Assembly: GCA_028023455.1 (NCBI GenBank)
Contig: JAQFVV010000003.1
Location: 24,614,001 to 24,678,000 of the forward strand
Source of the DNA: Epiperipatus broadwayi
Taxonomy: Eukaryota; Animalia; Onychophora
Length of the DNA: 64,000 nucleotides
Direction: 5' to 3'
In this document: positions 25,921-40,700 of the stretch, one piece after another
Layout: every line of letters starts with the position of its first letter
Position numbering within the stretch: the first letter of the stretch is position 1
The notes under the pieces: generated by a model
The model's database searches: none
Seen by the model: only the letters and a program-made list of their open reading frames with translations
What the model was told of the DNA's origin: nothing
Position numbers and translations under genes: made by a program

Positions 25921-26446
25921 TTGTATTTATATATTGGATTATTTCCATCATCTAATATTGAGTATTAAATGTCTTTAGAAAAATTTAACTTTCTTTAAAT
26001 TTTCAAAATATATTCAACTATTAGTAATATCACACAGGTTAGTATATACACAATGTTTTGAGAGGTATTATTCTCCTCTCTTCTTCAGGTGTTGCTGGTC
26101 TGATCAGTGATAATACTAGCATGGGAATTAAACCTGGATCTTTAGATTCTTGAATATTGAATTTTAAGGTAGCATTCTAACTGGCAGCCATCCTGCCAAA
26201 GCCGCGTTATCTTAAAATTCAGGAATTTAAGGGTCCAGATTTGATTCCCATGCTAGTACTGTCATTGGCCAGGTCAGCACACCTAAAGAAGAAAGGAGAA
26301 TAATACCTCTCGAAACATGCGTATACTAGCCTGTGTGCTATTACTAACAGTTGAATATATTTGGAATATTTAAATAAACTTAAATTTTTCTTAAGATATT
26401 CAATACTTATATTAGATGATGGAAATAGTCCAATATATAAATACAA
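25921..26446. repeat. Foldback element with arms of about 250 bp
   Basis: ttgtatttatatattggattatttccatcatctaat... pairs with ...attagatgatggaaatagtccaatatataaatacaa. The ORF 26219..26446 is a by-product of the repeat. Confidence 0.85.
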
Positions 26447-26749
26447 CTAAAATACCATCATCACAAACCGTCAGGAAATGTAGATGACATTATTTTAAAT
26501 ATTATGCACACAACATTTTAAGATAAAATTTAATTTTTTTAATTTTTTATTTGCATAGTAAAAGAATCATGAAATCCAATATATACAAACTATTTGACAA
26601 AATACTTTATTGTAGACACATCTAAATTTTAAAATTATTATGATTGAAATTTATAACATCTTTATCTTTAAAAATTGGTGTAATATAGGCGCATCATAAT
26701 TACTTTCATGCTAATTTTATGTTGTATAATAGCAATCATGTCACTTTTA

Positions 26750-27790
26750 ACAAACTATTAATATAATTTGTTGCATTCATAGAATCTAACTTTGGTGTCT
26801 GGAAAAACAAAAGAATTTTTAGGCCACATAATGTTGCCACCTTTTCACTATCAGTACATGAGCAAATATTTTGAGAGTCAGCACACTCATTCTTCATATC
26901 ACTAAAAGAATACAGTTTTATTTGGATTTTTTTTTGAGTAAATAGGAATGAAACTACAAAACTTTTATATTTCAGGATATAAGATTTGCTTATTGAAAAT
27001 GTGTTCTTAAGAATTTTTATTCTTCAAGATATTCACTATTTGTGTAGTAGAATACAGTATTAATTTATTTTAGTTGAAAAAATAGAGGGAAGTTGTTATC
27101 TGATATAATATCTCTTGAGGGCTGCCTTGCTGTAGTTCATTTGTCTGTTCTTAACCCATCAAAATATTATTCTGTGTCTTAAACTTATGATGCTTAAACT
27201 TATGATTTTGAAATGAAAATAAAACTTTTGTGCTTTGGGTTATCCTGATTTTTTAAATGGCTGCAGTAAGATGCTTATTGGCTTGACCAATGACTTCTGT
27301 GTTTGTTTAAAAAGACATTTGGAATTTTATTATTACCTTTCAAAACTTCTTTGTTTTTACTAACTGTTCTTTCAAATAATCATTTTTTGAGCAGTTGATG
27401 CATTAGAATTTGATGGTATACATATTTTTGCTAAACATTCTTTATAATTAATTAATTTTAATATATCAGTTATGTCTAACAGCTTCATTTTTATTAATTT
27501 GACATTCTGATGAATTATATATGACAAACAAAATGGACCACTCTTGTGTTAACTAAGTTATAGTTCTTATGGTGCAGGACAATAAATGTGTTTAGATTAT
27601 CTAAAAAAATTTTTTTAGTATGGGTTTGTGTTTTGTTTATTCTTTTTAAGGATTAAAGACCTTTTTTTGCAACATATAGTTTTTTTGGTTTTTCAATAAA
27701 TGAATCAGTTGTAGTCTTAACTAGTTTGTATCTGAGAGCACTGCACCTATCCATCATCTTCTTTTGTTGATCCTGAATTCACTGCTATGG
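26750..27790 (-). pseudogene. Decayed hAT transposase relic
   Basis: The minus strand gives LVKTTTDS and VVHFVCHIIHQN, resembling the TTDG and HCIIHQ motifs. Boundaries are approximate. Confidence 0.45.
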
Positions 27791-28449
27791 CAATAAATGT
27801 TATAGAAATAGATATCCTTTGTTTTTAAATTTTATATAAAATTTTAAAATACTCTTCTAAATGAAATTTTTAGTTTAAATTTCAAAATATAGTAGGGATA
27901 ATTTAATTTTGATTTGATGTTATATGTATATAAAGAAAATGAGTTACAGTGACATTTTGCATTTTATTTATTGATGTATTGATTTTTTTATTATTATGAC
28001 TGAAGCTATAGTAAAATAGATCTTCAGTCTGAAAATTGGTTTATCTTTAAAACAGTGCAGGAGCCATACAAACATGTACTTTCACAAAAAAAAAAAAAAA
28101 AATTTGTTTGTTATATCAGAAATCTTGCTAATAATTCATTTGATCTCTTACTATCATGCATAGGATCTCATGTTTTTCTTTATTTACTATATAAATTGTG
28201 ACATATGTAGTTTTTGGTGAAGACAAATAGGAATATAACGACAATGATAAAGCTGAAGAATAGTCATATTTTAAAAAGTTGAAACAGTCGATCAATATAG
28301 TGATTATTGGTAGTTAGATATCCTGAAAATTAGCTTGTATACCTTTGTCATTGCTGAATAGCAGATCAATCTTTACAGAAATATCTTTTGGAGAAAAATT
28401 ACAAAGCTCCTAGATGCTAAGAGACTATCTTTATCAGATATATCTATCA

Positions 28450-29050
28450 TTTCTTTTTCACCTCAAGTCTTAATATGGCAGTGAATAAAATCATTGAACA
28501 GTAAATATTATTGCAAACTAGTTTTCTGTGATGGATTTCTACCGTATCAGCCTTTTGATAGCGGATTCCAAATTTTCATTATTCTCTACATGGTTTTGGA
28601 ATTGGAAGAGGGATATTAGTAGTATAACCATTTGTTATTTATACTTTAATTAATTAGATCACATGGCATTCAGATTATTCTAGATTTAGTAAAAATGGCT
28701 GTTGTTCCATGTTAAATTTTTGTTAACCAGTTATGCAAGGTAAAGGAAAATTAATTGATTCTACTCTTGCTAAATTTTTGATGCCGTAAAAACAACTAGT
28801 TTTATCACATTTCTAATATTTTATGCAGTATGCAGAAATGTTAAGTACTTAATTCCAAATAGAAATAGCTCTGACTTTACAATATTTTACTTTAATGAAT
28901 TCTCTGAATATGCTTAACATGCCTATTTTGATCGAGACACAAAGAAACAGCCATTCGGTATCTGATCATTTTGTTAAGAACTTTGATTCTTGAATTTGTT
29001 CTAGCTTGTGATTAATAAGTGGTTGGACTCGAATATATAAATATCAGTTT
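28450..29050 (+). pseudogene. Decayed hAT transposase relic
   Basis: The plus strand gives MQGKGKLID (the LQG(K) motif) and other degenerate Buster-like segments. Heavily mutated. Confidence 0.35.
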
Positions 29051-29777
29051 TTTGTTGTATTTGCTCAGAATCTAATATTTTATTGTTTATTAGAGCTAAG
29101 TTATTTATTTATTTATCATTTTGTAAATTTTATTATACTTATGAATAATATTTAGAGCAGTTAATTATTCTTGAAAGAGCTTATGGCTTAATGATTAGCA
29201 ACATTATGAGGTTTGAATTTAATCCAGATGAACAGTGGAAAATTTTTTAGATCACCAATAGACAAGTTTTTTTTTTGAGTAATGTTTGTTGTTAAATGGA
29301 TATGTAGCTATTATGGATGGTAAAAGTTCCACTTTAATTTGTATTATTTAAATGTTTTGTACTGACAATGAAATCAAACAATTGTGATTATGATGCGGTT
29401 TTCCAGGTGGAGGTGAGATGTCATATTTCTACTTCTAAGGACCTGAATTATCTTAAATTATTTGCTTACTAATCTGTTATATTTACTGTACAGTAAAACT
29501 TAAATGATTCTCTGTTTGTTACTAAAAATAATTGCTATTAATATTTACAATTTAATTTTAATTATATCTTTTTTTTTTTAAATGAATGATTCAGTTGCAA
29601 TAACTGAAATTGTTTAAATATATGAATGAATGTGGAATTTCATATAGTCCAAATATATTTTAATGTAGCAATAATATTTTTTGTATTATAATTTCTCTCT
29701 ACTTATATTTGTAAGGGATTAGTGAAGTTATGTACAGTTATATTGAAAGTTTATAATATTCTGTTTTTTTCCTCTAG

Positions 29778-29969
29778 GAATTAACTGGTGTTTACACTAA
29801 CAATTATGATGGCTCTCTTAATACAAACAATGGTTTTCCAGTATTTGCAACTGTTATTATGGCAAATTACATTACTAAAAAAGATGATAAAATGGCTGCC
29901 AGTAATCTTACTGACGAAGATATTAAAACTATAATAGCATTATCAAAAGATGAACGCATTGGAGAAAGA
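29778..29969 (+). CDS. MCM2: MCM2 exon ([31 protein letters not shown]...[10 protein letters not shown])
   Basis: Acceptor ctag at 29774-29777 and donor gtaagt at 29970. 64 codons, phase 0 at both ends. Confidence 0.96.
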
Positions 29970-30993
29970 GTAAGTCAACTAAATTAATACAAATATATTT
30001 ATTGTAAAAAAGCAAACATATTGGTTTTTTAAAACTATTTAAAGGCAGGAAGTTTTATGTAAACTATTTTTTAGTATCATTTACATGTGTATAGAATTGA
30101 ATTATATCTATAAATTTGTGTATAATTGTTGATGTTTTTAATGCAGAAGAATCTACTACAGTATTTTAGATATGTATATATCAAATTTAAACTTGGACTT
30201 TATTGCATTATCGAATTTTCTGGGGGAAAAACTATTCAAAATTTTATTACTTAAGGCTATTACAATTAAATGATAGTAAAATGCTGAACACTTTTAATGG
30301 ATAAATAACTTGCTTTTAACTCCTTAACATAAATTATTATAATATCTGGGATTCAAAATTAGTTTTATTTTGTCACTTCCTAGCACTTGCAAAAAGCCAG
30401 ATTATACATTGCATCATAATGCTGTTTAAGCAAGAATTCACAATGGCAAGCGTTATAATGTTATATCCATTGCTTCTAAAAAAAGCACACATCTATTTGT
30501 TATGGAGATGTTTTTAAAATGTCCACCATTTTTCACTCTTCATAGATGAAAACTAATTATTTGAGCAAACCATAATTACAAAAAAATTAATCACTTAGTA
30601 AAAATATACCAGAAATAAATTAGAACATGTACATTGTGTTATCCAAATTTTTTTTTATTTGCTTTATTTTTATTTAATATATTTGTAATTACCATAGATT
30701 ATTGATATCATTTCAAGTACTGTTGCTAAGTTTTAATTATATTGTTTTAAAAATGTGTTGATTACTTAATAAAATATGCCAAATATAAATTAGAAAATGT
30801 GTATTATATCACCTGACTCCATCACATAGAGATAATAAAAAATTATGCTGCTAAATATAAATTATGTTATTAGCTAATATGGTTTTTTTATTCAATGTGA
30901 AAGTAGTTGGATATTGATATCATTTCAAGAAATGTGGTTATTGCATTTTCTATGATAGAAAAAAAAAATACAGCAACCATATTATTTTTACTA

Positions 30994-31693
30994 ATAAACA
31001 GTTTTAGAGAAAGGCTTTAAGCTTTATCAGATGTACATTGAACATTTATAATAGTTAAATGATGTCTTTTTTGGTCTATAAAGGGATCTATCAAACCTCA
31101 CACAATGTAGCAACTTTATAAAGATAAAAATGGCGGTCTTATCTAGCTGTTAGTCTCTTCACTTTTTAAGCCTACTATTTCCTTTACAAATTTATCTTCA
31201 CGAAATCTTGCGATTTATGAGTTAATATTATGATTTTTATACTGGAAATATATAAACTAATGTAAAGTTGTGATTATTTATTAAGCGCATAGAAAGTATG
31301 TAAATACGTTTTAGAGAAAGAGTTTAACCTATATCATATGTGCCTTGAATGTTGATGATAATCAAATTATGTCCTTTTATATATTTCCAGTATAATTGTA
31401 CTATTAACTATTAAATCGCAAGACTTTATGAAGGTTAATTTGTAAAGAACATAGTGAACTTGAAAAGTGAGGAGACTAACAGCTTCGTGCTTCCAAATCA
31501 AGATGCTTCAGATTGTCCTATATAAGTGGGAATTTAGGTTAAAGATAAGATGGCCCATTTTTATCTTTATAAAGTTGCTATCTTGTCGAGGTTTGAAAGG
31601 TCTCTTTATATTCCAAAAAAGACATTGTTTGACTGTTATAAATGTTCAAGGTGCATAGGATAAAGATTAAAGCCTTTTCCTAAAAGTATTTAT
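30994..31693. repeat. Foldback element of about 700 bp
   Basis: agcaactttataaagataaaaatgg / ccatttttatctttataaagttgct and tttacaaattt...tcttgcgattta / taaatcgcaaga...aatttgtaaa are mutually complementary. The right arm has about 55 nt of extra sequence. Confidence 0.8.
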
Positions 31694-34069
31694 ATACTTC
31701 CTGTGCGGTTAATAAATAATCACAACTTTAATAAGCATACATTACATTTTTTCATTAATCGTCATTGGTTCTCAGTTTGAAATATTTGCATGATTTGATG
31801 CATTGGTAGAATGACACAATGGAGTTCAAGGTTTACAGATTGTAACTCAACTGACATTTCAGATACTTATATTTCTTATGGACTGTTGAGGAATAAAACC
31901 ATTTGATTATTTATTTAATTTTAAAGTTTATGCTACATTTTGAATCTATGATAATGAATTACTCTTTTTACCACAGAAATTATTATCATTGTTGTTTTTT
32001 ATTTTTATTTTTTTGCAAGTTTTGATTTACAGTTTGTTTTGAAAAATGTAATGCTCACTATTAGAGATATAACAATTTTTAATGCTACTAAGACTGATCT
32101 ATAGTAATATTTTTAAAAAGCTATAACTTTTGGATTTTGAAAGATGCAAAACTGTATAAATAGGTTCATTTGTAAAAATGGAAACTAAACTTTTAAGATA
32201 ATGTTAACTTCTCTCACATAAATAGAAGTCAAGATATATATATATATTGAACCGTATTAAAATATATATATATTTTTTTTAATTAGTGGAAAAGTGTTAA
32301 AGGGAATGTATAAATAAAAATTGGTTTGTCCAAATTTTTATTCCAACAAACAATTGGTTAATGCTTATTTTATATTTGTAATATAATAGATTACATGATA
32401 TATATATATAACAAATTACATTATTTGTTTTACAATTAGATTTTTAAAAAAATTTGATAAAGTTTCTACTTATGAAAATTGTCTTTAAGATTAGCTTATT
32501 ATAATGCATTGAAAATACTGACATTTAAATTTGTAAAATAATTTTCAATAAAAAGGATTAAAAAATAAAATGGTTATCTTTTTACTGAAAGTAATCCTAA
32601 AAATCTTAAAAATAATTTTAATTATAACTATCGAAAAACATAGGCACCAAATCTTCTATTTTTGTTGTAGAATATAGATATTAAGTCACTTTTGTGAGAT
32701 TGAAATAGATTCCAATAGTGCATATAATTTACAGTTTATTGCCAAAAACTTTTATGTTAATGCAAACTAATTTTATTTTGTGAATGGAGTTTTATTTCAA
32801 GATTGATAATTGTTTGCTTATCAGCATATTTTAGCATACATTTGTTAGCTGGAGCCTATTTCCAAAGCATAAATAAGACAGGTTTTTTTTAAATACAAAA
32901 GTAAACAATATCTAAAATAATTAAAAGCAAAAAAAAAAAAAGCACTAATATTTTTTGCAATGTTTAAATTATTTTAAATAATTATTGTTAATTTATAAAC
33001 TTTTAACATTTTAATAATCCCTAAACTAAATAACTTTAAATTATATTTTTAGGATGTTATGAAATCTAGAGCTAGATACAATTTTATTCACTTTGTTTAA
33101 TGGATATTGATTGTACATGATAATTCTTTTATATTTACATACAGGCTATTTTATTCACATCTCTTGACTAGTTTCTTGTCTTCATAACTCAGGAGCTTGA
33201 ATCTAATGGTCAAGGAAATCTATTGCGCATTAGATTTAAATATCTTACTGATAAAGATTATAAGTCAAACTAATCCGGGGATATGGATAGGATAGTAATG
33301 AGTATATATAGGATTTGCACTGCCATCTATTTTTGTTAATTATTTAAGGTTGCAATAGATGGCTCTGGAGTAGAGTGAAGATCATTGCTTTCCTAACGTA
33401 TATAAGCAGAGATAGTCATGTGATGTTTGTTGGTTTAAATGTACGATTGAATTTTTTTTTTTTTAATTAGTAGTTTACTTTTGCAAGTCATTTTAATCTA
33501 TAATAATCATAAAGTATTTAAAGAAAGCAAGATATATATCTTGTTTTTGATATAAAAAAAAAAACTAAAAAAGCTAGATATAAAAATTATTCTTTTTTTT
33601 TTTTTTTTTAAAATTAATTTTATTTTGAAGTATTTTTAAGAGATTCTTTATTTATCTACATTTTCAGAAAACGTGATATTATTTATGAAATTGAGTTTTG
33701 AAGCAAATGTCATTTTATACTTCTTCTTCAACACAAATTTGGAAAAATAAATTTTCAGTTTATTTTTGCTGCACTGAAATGAATCATAAACCTATTATAA
33801 GTAATGTTTTTTTTTATTTTATCTAAAATTTATCAGATAAAAGATTTTCACACCAGTTGTGTGACATAGAATTTGCATTGAAGGAGTTGACAATTAATTT
33901 TCTTCTAAACTCAATTTCACAAATATGTTTTACCAAATTTTTAGTTTGTCATGAAGATTAATGTTACAAAGATCAAGGCACTCATAATATCCATAATTCA
34001 TAAAGATATATATGGCGAAGTATTTTTTTTTTTAAAGAAGTGATTACTTTTGATATTAAAATCATCAAG

Positions 34070-34250
34070 TCATAACTTCGGCCCAAGAATTAATTAAGGC
34101 TGGTATATGACTAATTGTGCTACATGGAGCTGAGGTTTGGATTCTCGTAACTGACTGAAGTATTAGAATGGAAAAAAATAGTGATATTAAGATGAATAGG
34201 GGAAAAAAGTTAAAGGGTAATATTATTTGCACGATAAAGGGAGAAAAGAT
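34070..34250 (+). mobile_element. Possible RTE LINE fragment
   Basis: IVLHGAEVWIL resembles the RTE (L)YGxE(T/V)W motif. It is short and degraded. Confidence 0.35.
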
Positions 34251-35563
34251 TGTTTGTCTCTCAGATGAGGACTAAAAGATTGAATTACTCAAAAAAAAAT
34301 GATATAACTGCCTATCAAGGGAGAGACTAGATTTCATTTCATTTTCATAAATCATTTGTGCAGAGAAACTGGTATTTAGAACTGGTGAATTAAAGTAAAC
34401 AATTAAAAATTAATGATTATGGAATAGTCTCAGTAGAACTGAATAACAGTTTATAAAAAATGACATAATTGTAAATGGTGCTGCTTTTTAATATTTTAAA
34501 ACTTAATACAGAATGTAATTTATTTTCATTTTTAATGTTACAAAAATGAATAGCTTACTTATAAGAATTATTTGTTTTACACATACATTTATGATGGGCA
34601 TGACATGCTGAGGATATCTATAAGAAATATCTAGTTTAATTTTATATTATTCTCATTGTCCTTTGTATAGTAATCTTAAGTAAATATATATTTGTAAAAA
34701 AAAAAAAATTGCAAAGCATTTAATTGCTAAAATAATACATTAGATTTAATAGCTGTAATGAATGAATAACTCATAAAAATATATATTTATAATTATATCC
34801 AATTATAAATTAATAATGCAGTTTATGAATATTAATTACTATCATATAAGTTCTAAAAACTCAAATTTATCACAAAATAAATTTAAAATAGTTACTTATA
34901 TCTGGAATTTTAAAATTTCTGAAATATATATTTTTAAATAATGGAATTATATTAAACTTAAAAATTTATAGAAAATCAGTCTTTTTTTTACCATGACAAA
35001 TAAGATAACATTTGAAAAGAAATGAAATTTTTTATCTTATGAAAGTAATATCATTAATGCTTCTGTGAGTCATGCAAACACACTGTCTTAAAATCTTCGC
35101 ACATGATTCTGAACAGGTTAATATTTGTAACTATTTAGTTGAGATATCTTCACTTCAAAACCAAAATGAGTAAGTATTATAATGCATTGATTATTTGAAG
35201 GTGTACTGTAGCCAGATTCCCTGTTTCTGTCTAATTGACCTATTGGGGATTTTCAATGTTGTAACGGGAGGATAAATATTATTTATGTGTGAAAGTAGTA
35301 TTGGTATGTAATGCTGAAAAGTATTTTGTATTCAATATTAATCATAATAAAATTTTAATTCAGTCAGTTGCTAGAATTATTTTAGAGGTTGTAGACTGAA
35401 GACGATCATTTAAAATTATCGAATTCTTTCCCAATGATAATAATGTTTATTGCAGTTAAGAAGCTATTGGAAAGCAACATTTATTAATGCTAGTGTATAA
35501 ATTATGCTTTTAAGCTTTAGAATATTTATTTATATATATATATACACATTTTTTTTGTGTTAG

Positions 35564-35657
35564 TTATTTGCAAGTATAGCACCTTCCATTTATGGTCACG
35601 ATGATGTTAAAAGAGGAATTGGTCTCTCATTGTTTGGTGGTGAAGCAAAAAATCCAG
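35564..35657 (+). CDS. MCM2: MCM2 exon ([32 protein letters not shown])
   Basis: Acceptor ttag ending at 35563 and donor gtattt at 35658 (phase 1). It carries the conserved IAPSIYG motif. Confidence 0.95.
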
Positions 35658-36441
35658 GTATTTATGTTTATTATTGTGTATAATCTTATATTGAGGTAAT
35701 GGGATATGTAATTCATTTTCTGGTATTAGTATGATTTGCATATCAGTTTTAGTAAAATAGTATAGAAAATAATGTAAATGTATGGAATTAAAGTTTATTG
35801 GTAGCATAAAACTTGGAAAGTTAATAAAAAAGATTTTTAAAATTTGTTCTTAATAAGAGCGATTTTAAAATAAACTTTTTGTTCAATTATGTACAAGGGA
35901 GCTTCTTAAGTGCAACAATAATTTATAAGTTGATTAATCATATAGTGGTAAATTTTTCTTGATCTTATCAAATTTAAAATTGAGCTTATTAAAAAATTGA
36001 ATATATGTCACAATTTAATGGTCAAAGATTATAAAATGGACTGCAAAGCGAATTTGATATTATATTGCTCATAAAAATAAACTGCTACTGAAATTGCAAC
36101 CACAATGAATCATTTCAAACTAGGAGCAATTATGCTTTAGAGTATTTTTTTATTATTATTAATGAGAGTAGCTTTGGTGATAGTTATTCTGGTTTATTAA
36201 CTTTCAATTACAAATTAAAACTCTATCCACATTAATTGTCATTAGTGTGATACAGCAAAGATGACAAAATGATTAGCATAGCAACAGTGAGCTATGTTTT
36301 GAACCATAGAAAAATCTTTTGAAAAACAGTGTAAAATCTTAAAATTTTATCAGCCTTGTTTATACAGAATACTTGAAATTATTGTATAATAGATATATAA
36401 ATAATAACCTGTAGATTTATACTTTACGCTTGTCTTCAATA

Positions 36442-36811
36442 TGATAATATTAAATTGTGCTATCACACAAATAGAAAACTAAATTAAATGGCTGAGCACT
36501 TTCAAGAAGATGTACTTCTCATATTCATAGCCAGTTATGATTCTTTCTTTGAAATCATTATATAAATAAATACGATATGCAAATTCTATGCAAATGAGTC
36601 ACTAATACCATCTTTTAGATATAGCAAAACATGCATCCTTACGATTAATGGCGAAGGAGTCCTCTGCTATAAAGTAAGCCTCTTTTACCTTTCGCCTAAT
36701 ATCATGCCTCTCAGTACAAACTAATTTTGCAGAAAGAATCATAACTGGCTATGAATATGAGAAGTATATCTTCTTGAAAGCGAAGTGTGATAGCACGATT
36801 TAATATTATCA
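36442..36811. repeat. Foldback/MITE of about 370 bp
   Basis: tgataatattaaat.gtgctatcacac and ctttcaagaagat.tacttctcatattcatagccagttatgattctttct are inverted at 36722-36811. The left arm has an insertion of about 30 nt. Confidence 0.85.
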
Positions 36812-37231
36812 GATATATAAATAGTAAACTGCCTTTTTAAATAGGCTGCTGCATGATAAAGACTTATTCACAGCCCTCTTTTGCGCCATATTATGTGAAA
36901 AAGATCAAATCCATTTTACATTCACATACGTATACTAAGCCAATCTAATCACAGTGTTAATTACTAAGATAAATACATATCTTGTATAGAAAATACAAAA
37001 ATAATAATTTACATATATGCAGTCTATTTTGAAAATGCAAAAAATATTTATAACAGTTCTTACAGCAAAATTACAGTTTTTATTTTAAAAACATACAGTG
37101 GGTTTTGTAAAGTGGCAAGAATTACCCGGGCTTTATTTTTTAGCCTTCTTTTAAATATTTATTATATATAGATAGAATAAAAGTTATTTCATATTTAGAA
37201 ATGAGTAATAAAAATAATATTTTTTTCTTAG

Positions 37232-37783
37232 TGCTATGTACAACCACTAATGCTACAGTCACAAAATTAATTCAAAACAGTTTTTTATAACTAAAATTTA
37301 ACTTTATTGCCACAAGTTAACAATAGTAAAAGTTAAATCAACAATGCTTAATATACATTACAATTTATATTGTTACAGTTCAGTATTAAAATTACTTCTT
37401 ATGAATGCATGGACCATGAGGAGTAAATGAAAAAATAATAAAGCCAGTTTGGCCTGTATAGTCTTTACGTCCACTTTTGCATCTTAATGGTGGAATTCAC
37501 TGGGTCACTCTGCAGTCTTCCTTACACTCAACCATTCAACTCCAATGATGCGAGTTTATAAATTAGACCTCGACTCTCCTTATCTGCGCGCTTTTATATC
37601 TTCCCAGTGATAGTGGAATGTTCTAGAACATAATTATTACTGTTCCTTATCTTTTTACGTAATCATTTTCTAATCTGGAACTGCTTATCAACATTTTAAT
37701 CTTTAACGTTTGTAATCTCATAATACTTTATTTCTTTTAATTTAGCACACAATTTATTTCTAATTGCATTATCCCAAATTACA
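37232..37783 (-). repeat. 3' LTR of the Gypsy element
   Basis: Reads TGTAATTT...TAGCA on the minus strand and aligns with 41638-42187. Confidence 0.85.
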
Positions 37784-40700
37784 ATTTCTGAAGTCTCACA
37801 TAGTTTTTCAGATAGTTCGTTTCCTTCTTGGTTTTTTGGGATCTATGCTTTGTTTTGTTTTCATTGGAAATATCTTGTCTACTTTGTGCCCTTTGTTTAC
37901 TTCTGGCAAATCCGATTCCTGTAGATAATTTGGAAGGTCTGGCACTATATTACTTCCACTCAGCTCATTTTCTTCTTTGCAACATCTGGCATAATTTACA
38001 TGTTTTCGCATGACTTCCTCTGTTTCTGTTTCAGCAACTACTATTTGCTTTGACAAATGTTCTTTAATTATGACTTTCACCCAGTACTTTCTGAGAATAT
38101 CTTTCAACCAGACTTTTTCTCCCTCCGCGTACTGCAAATGTGCTGCTGTTTCATTACTCGAAAGTTTTTGATCAAGGTGAATTGGTGATAACTTTGTGCA
38201 AATTTTCTGTCCAAATATCATCTCAGCTGGAGATTTATCCATACTACTCGGCGGTGTAATGTGCTGATACAATAAAACAGAATATAATGTTTCTTGTATA
38301 TTTGCTATACCCTTCCTTTCTCAGCATTTGTACTACTTTTTCTGCAATACCATTGAATTCCAGGTGTTGTGGGGGTATGGCCGGCTATATATCTAATTTC
38401 CCATTTCTTAAGAAAATTCTCAAATTTAATGGAGTGAAACTGGTTCCATTGTCAAATACTACTGTTCAGGAAAACCATGAAAAGCAAGAAAATTTTTAAG
38501 TTTTCTGCTTGTTTCTTTGGTGCTCGTATTTTTTACAATTCTATATTCAGTCCACTTTGAGTATCAGTTCATCACTACTAAAACAATGTAGCTGTGGAAC
38601 GGTCCAGCATGATAGATATGAATATGGATTCCAAGCTTTTTCTGCTACAGGCTAGATAATATAATTTTTCTTTGGAACGTTTGCGTTCACTTGACAATTC
38701 TCACAGGTTTTTATGAATTGTCCTATCTCGGGATTAATTAAGGGCTACCGTACATAGCTTTGAGCAAGTGTTTCATTTAGCCCATACAATCCCAGGATGA
38801 CTTTGGTGACTAAACTGAAAAACCTGACAAAAACCACTATTAGATATTAATACACATCCCTTAACTTATTGACAGTTTTTCTCTTGTGACCCATATAGTT
38901 TTATAAAGTATTTCAAGCTGACCCTTGGGCCAACCTTTGCTGATCCACTTGATCAATAGTTTATAACCATGCTCAGCTGTTGTCCAACCCTCTATCTTTT
39001 TTACTGTCTATTAGTACATTATTCCAATTATTTATGTAGTTAATTGTTGGATCAAGTTCCTGTGGAGCTGAGTTAATTGGGACTCTTGACAGCGCATCTG
39101 CATGCTTAATGATATTTTTTTAAAAAAAATTTAGCTCAAAATCATAATCCGCTAATAAATTTAACTGACGTAACATTCGAGGGCTCAGCGGTTATGATCA
39201 GTAAAGATCTTGATTGGTCAACCATATAAGTATTAGTAAAATTTCTTCACTGCAAATATAACAGCCAATGCCTCTTTATCTAACTAACTGTACTTTTCCT
39301 CTACTGTGGTTAGTGTTCTAGAAGCGAAGACTATTGGTTGCTCACCCTCTGCTGCTATATGATTTAAAACTACTCCAACCCTGAAACCCGATGTATCAGT
39401 TATTAGTGTCAGTCAAAGCTACTGTCATAGTGTACTAATAAACTGATGTCAGCATTTCCTTTGTAGCACTAAATCTTTTTCATGGGCTTGATCCCAGTGC
39501 CATTTTTGGCCTTATCTTAACAAATTATACTATGATTGTGCTACATGCACTTTTTCCTTTAGAAAAGTTTCAAAATAATTAAGGAGGCCCAGAAAAGCCC
39601 GTAGTTCTTGTACATTTTTCAGTCATCATCCAGATACATTTTTCTGGATTTATTCTAGCTCCAAAACTAGATATCTTATTGCAAATTTTTAAAAGTTACT
39701 CATGTAATTTCTCTTCAGAATTTGCAACTATTAAAAAATATCATCGAAATAAGGTGTTGTAACATCCATTTGTTGGAACAACATGTCCATCTTGGCTTGG
39801 AAAATGTTTGATGCAATGGTAATTCCATAAGGCAGCCTATTGCAGTTAAACAATTTCCTTGTGAATAATGATCATTAACAGTTAGGATGTGTTTAGATAC
39901 TGGAATCTGATGAAACACAGCCCTCAAATTAATTTCAGCAAAATGACTTGCCTTTTCCATATTAGCTAATATTCCTCTGATGTTAGGCACTGGATACTGA
40001 CTCTTTGTATGGTTCTTATTTACCGTAGTACATAATTTCTCCAAATACGAATTTGTCTCTTTTGTTTAGATATCACTACAATTGGAGTGGCGCCTTTGGT
40101 CTTCTCGTCAGGTGTCAATATTCCCTTTCTAACTAAATCATTTAACTTTTGTTCCACTTTAGCTTGTAGTTCAAAAGGAACTTTTAAAGGCCTGCAAATA
40201 AATCATGGGGATTCTTTCATCTTGCAATACTATATCTACTGGCATAGTAATGATTTGGCTCTCCGTATTCTTAAGTAAATTTATGTATTTATTTCTTATT
40301 TCTTCCTTAGTAGCAATCCTGTTAACCATACATATTTTTATTCCCAAAGCCTCAAACCATTCCCTACCCATAATTGGATTAAAGACTGCCTTGCATTATA
40401 TATAATGGTAACCTATAGATCTTTTTTGTGATTTCTACACTTACATCTACCCTTCCCTAATATTCTCATAATATTACCACTAGTTCTCATTAATATGGGG
40501 GGGGGGGGGGTATACATTTTTTTGTTATTTTATCCCTGTTTTTGACTGCCATCATTGATACACCTGATCTGTTGTCAATTTCCATTTTCCAAATTGGTAT
40601 TTAATAATTTCATTGACATCATAATTTGATTGCCATGAGTAATCTGGATGTTATAAATCTTGCATTTCTGCTTGTTTTCCTTTGGGAAAGTTGGCAAGAT

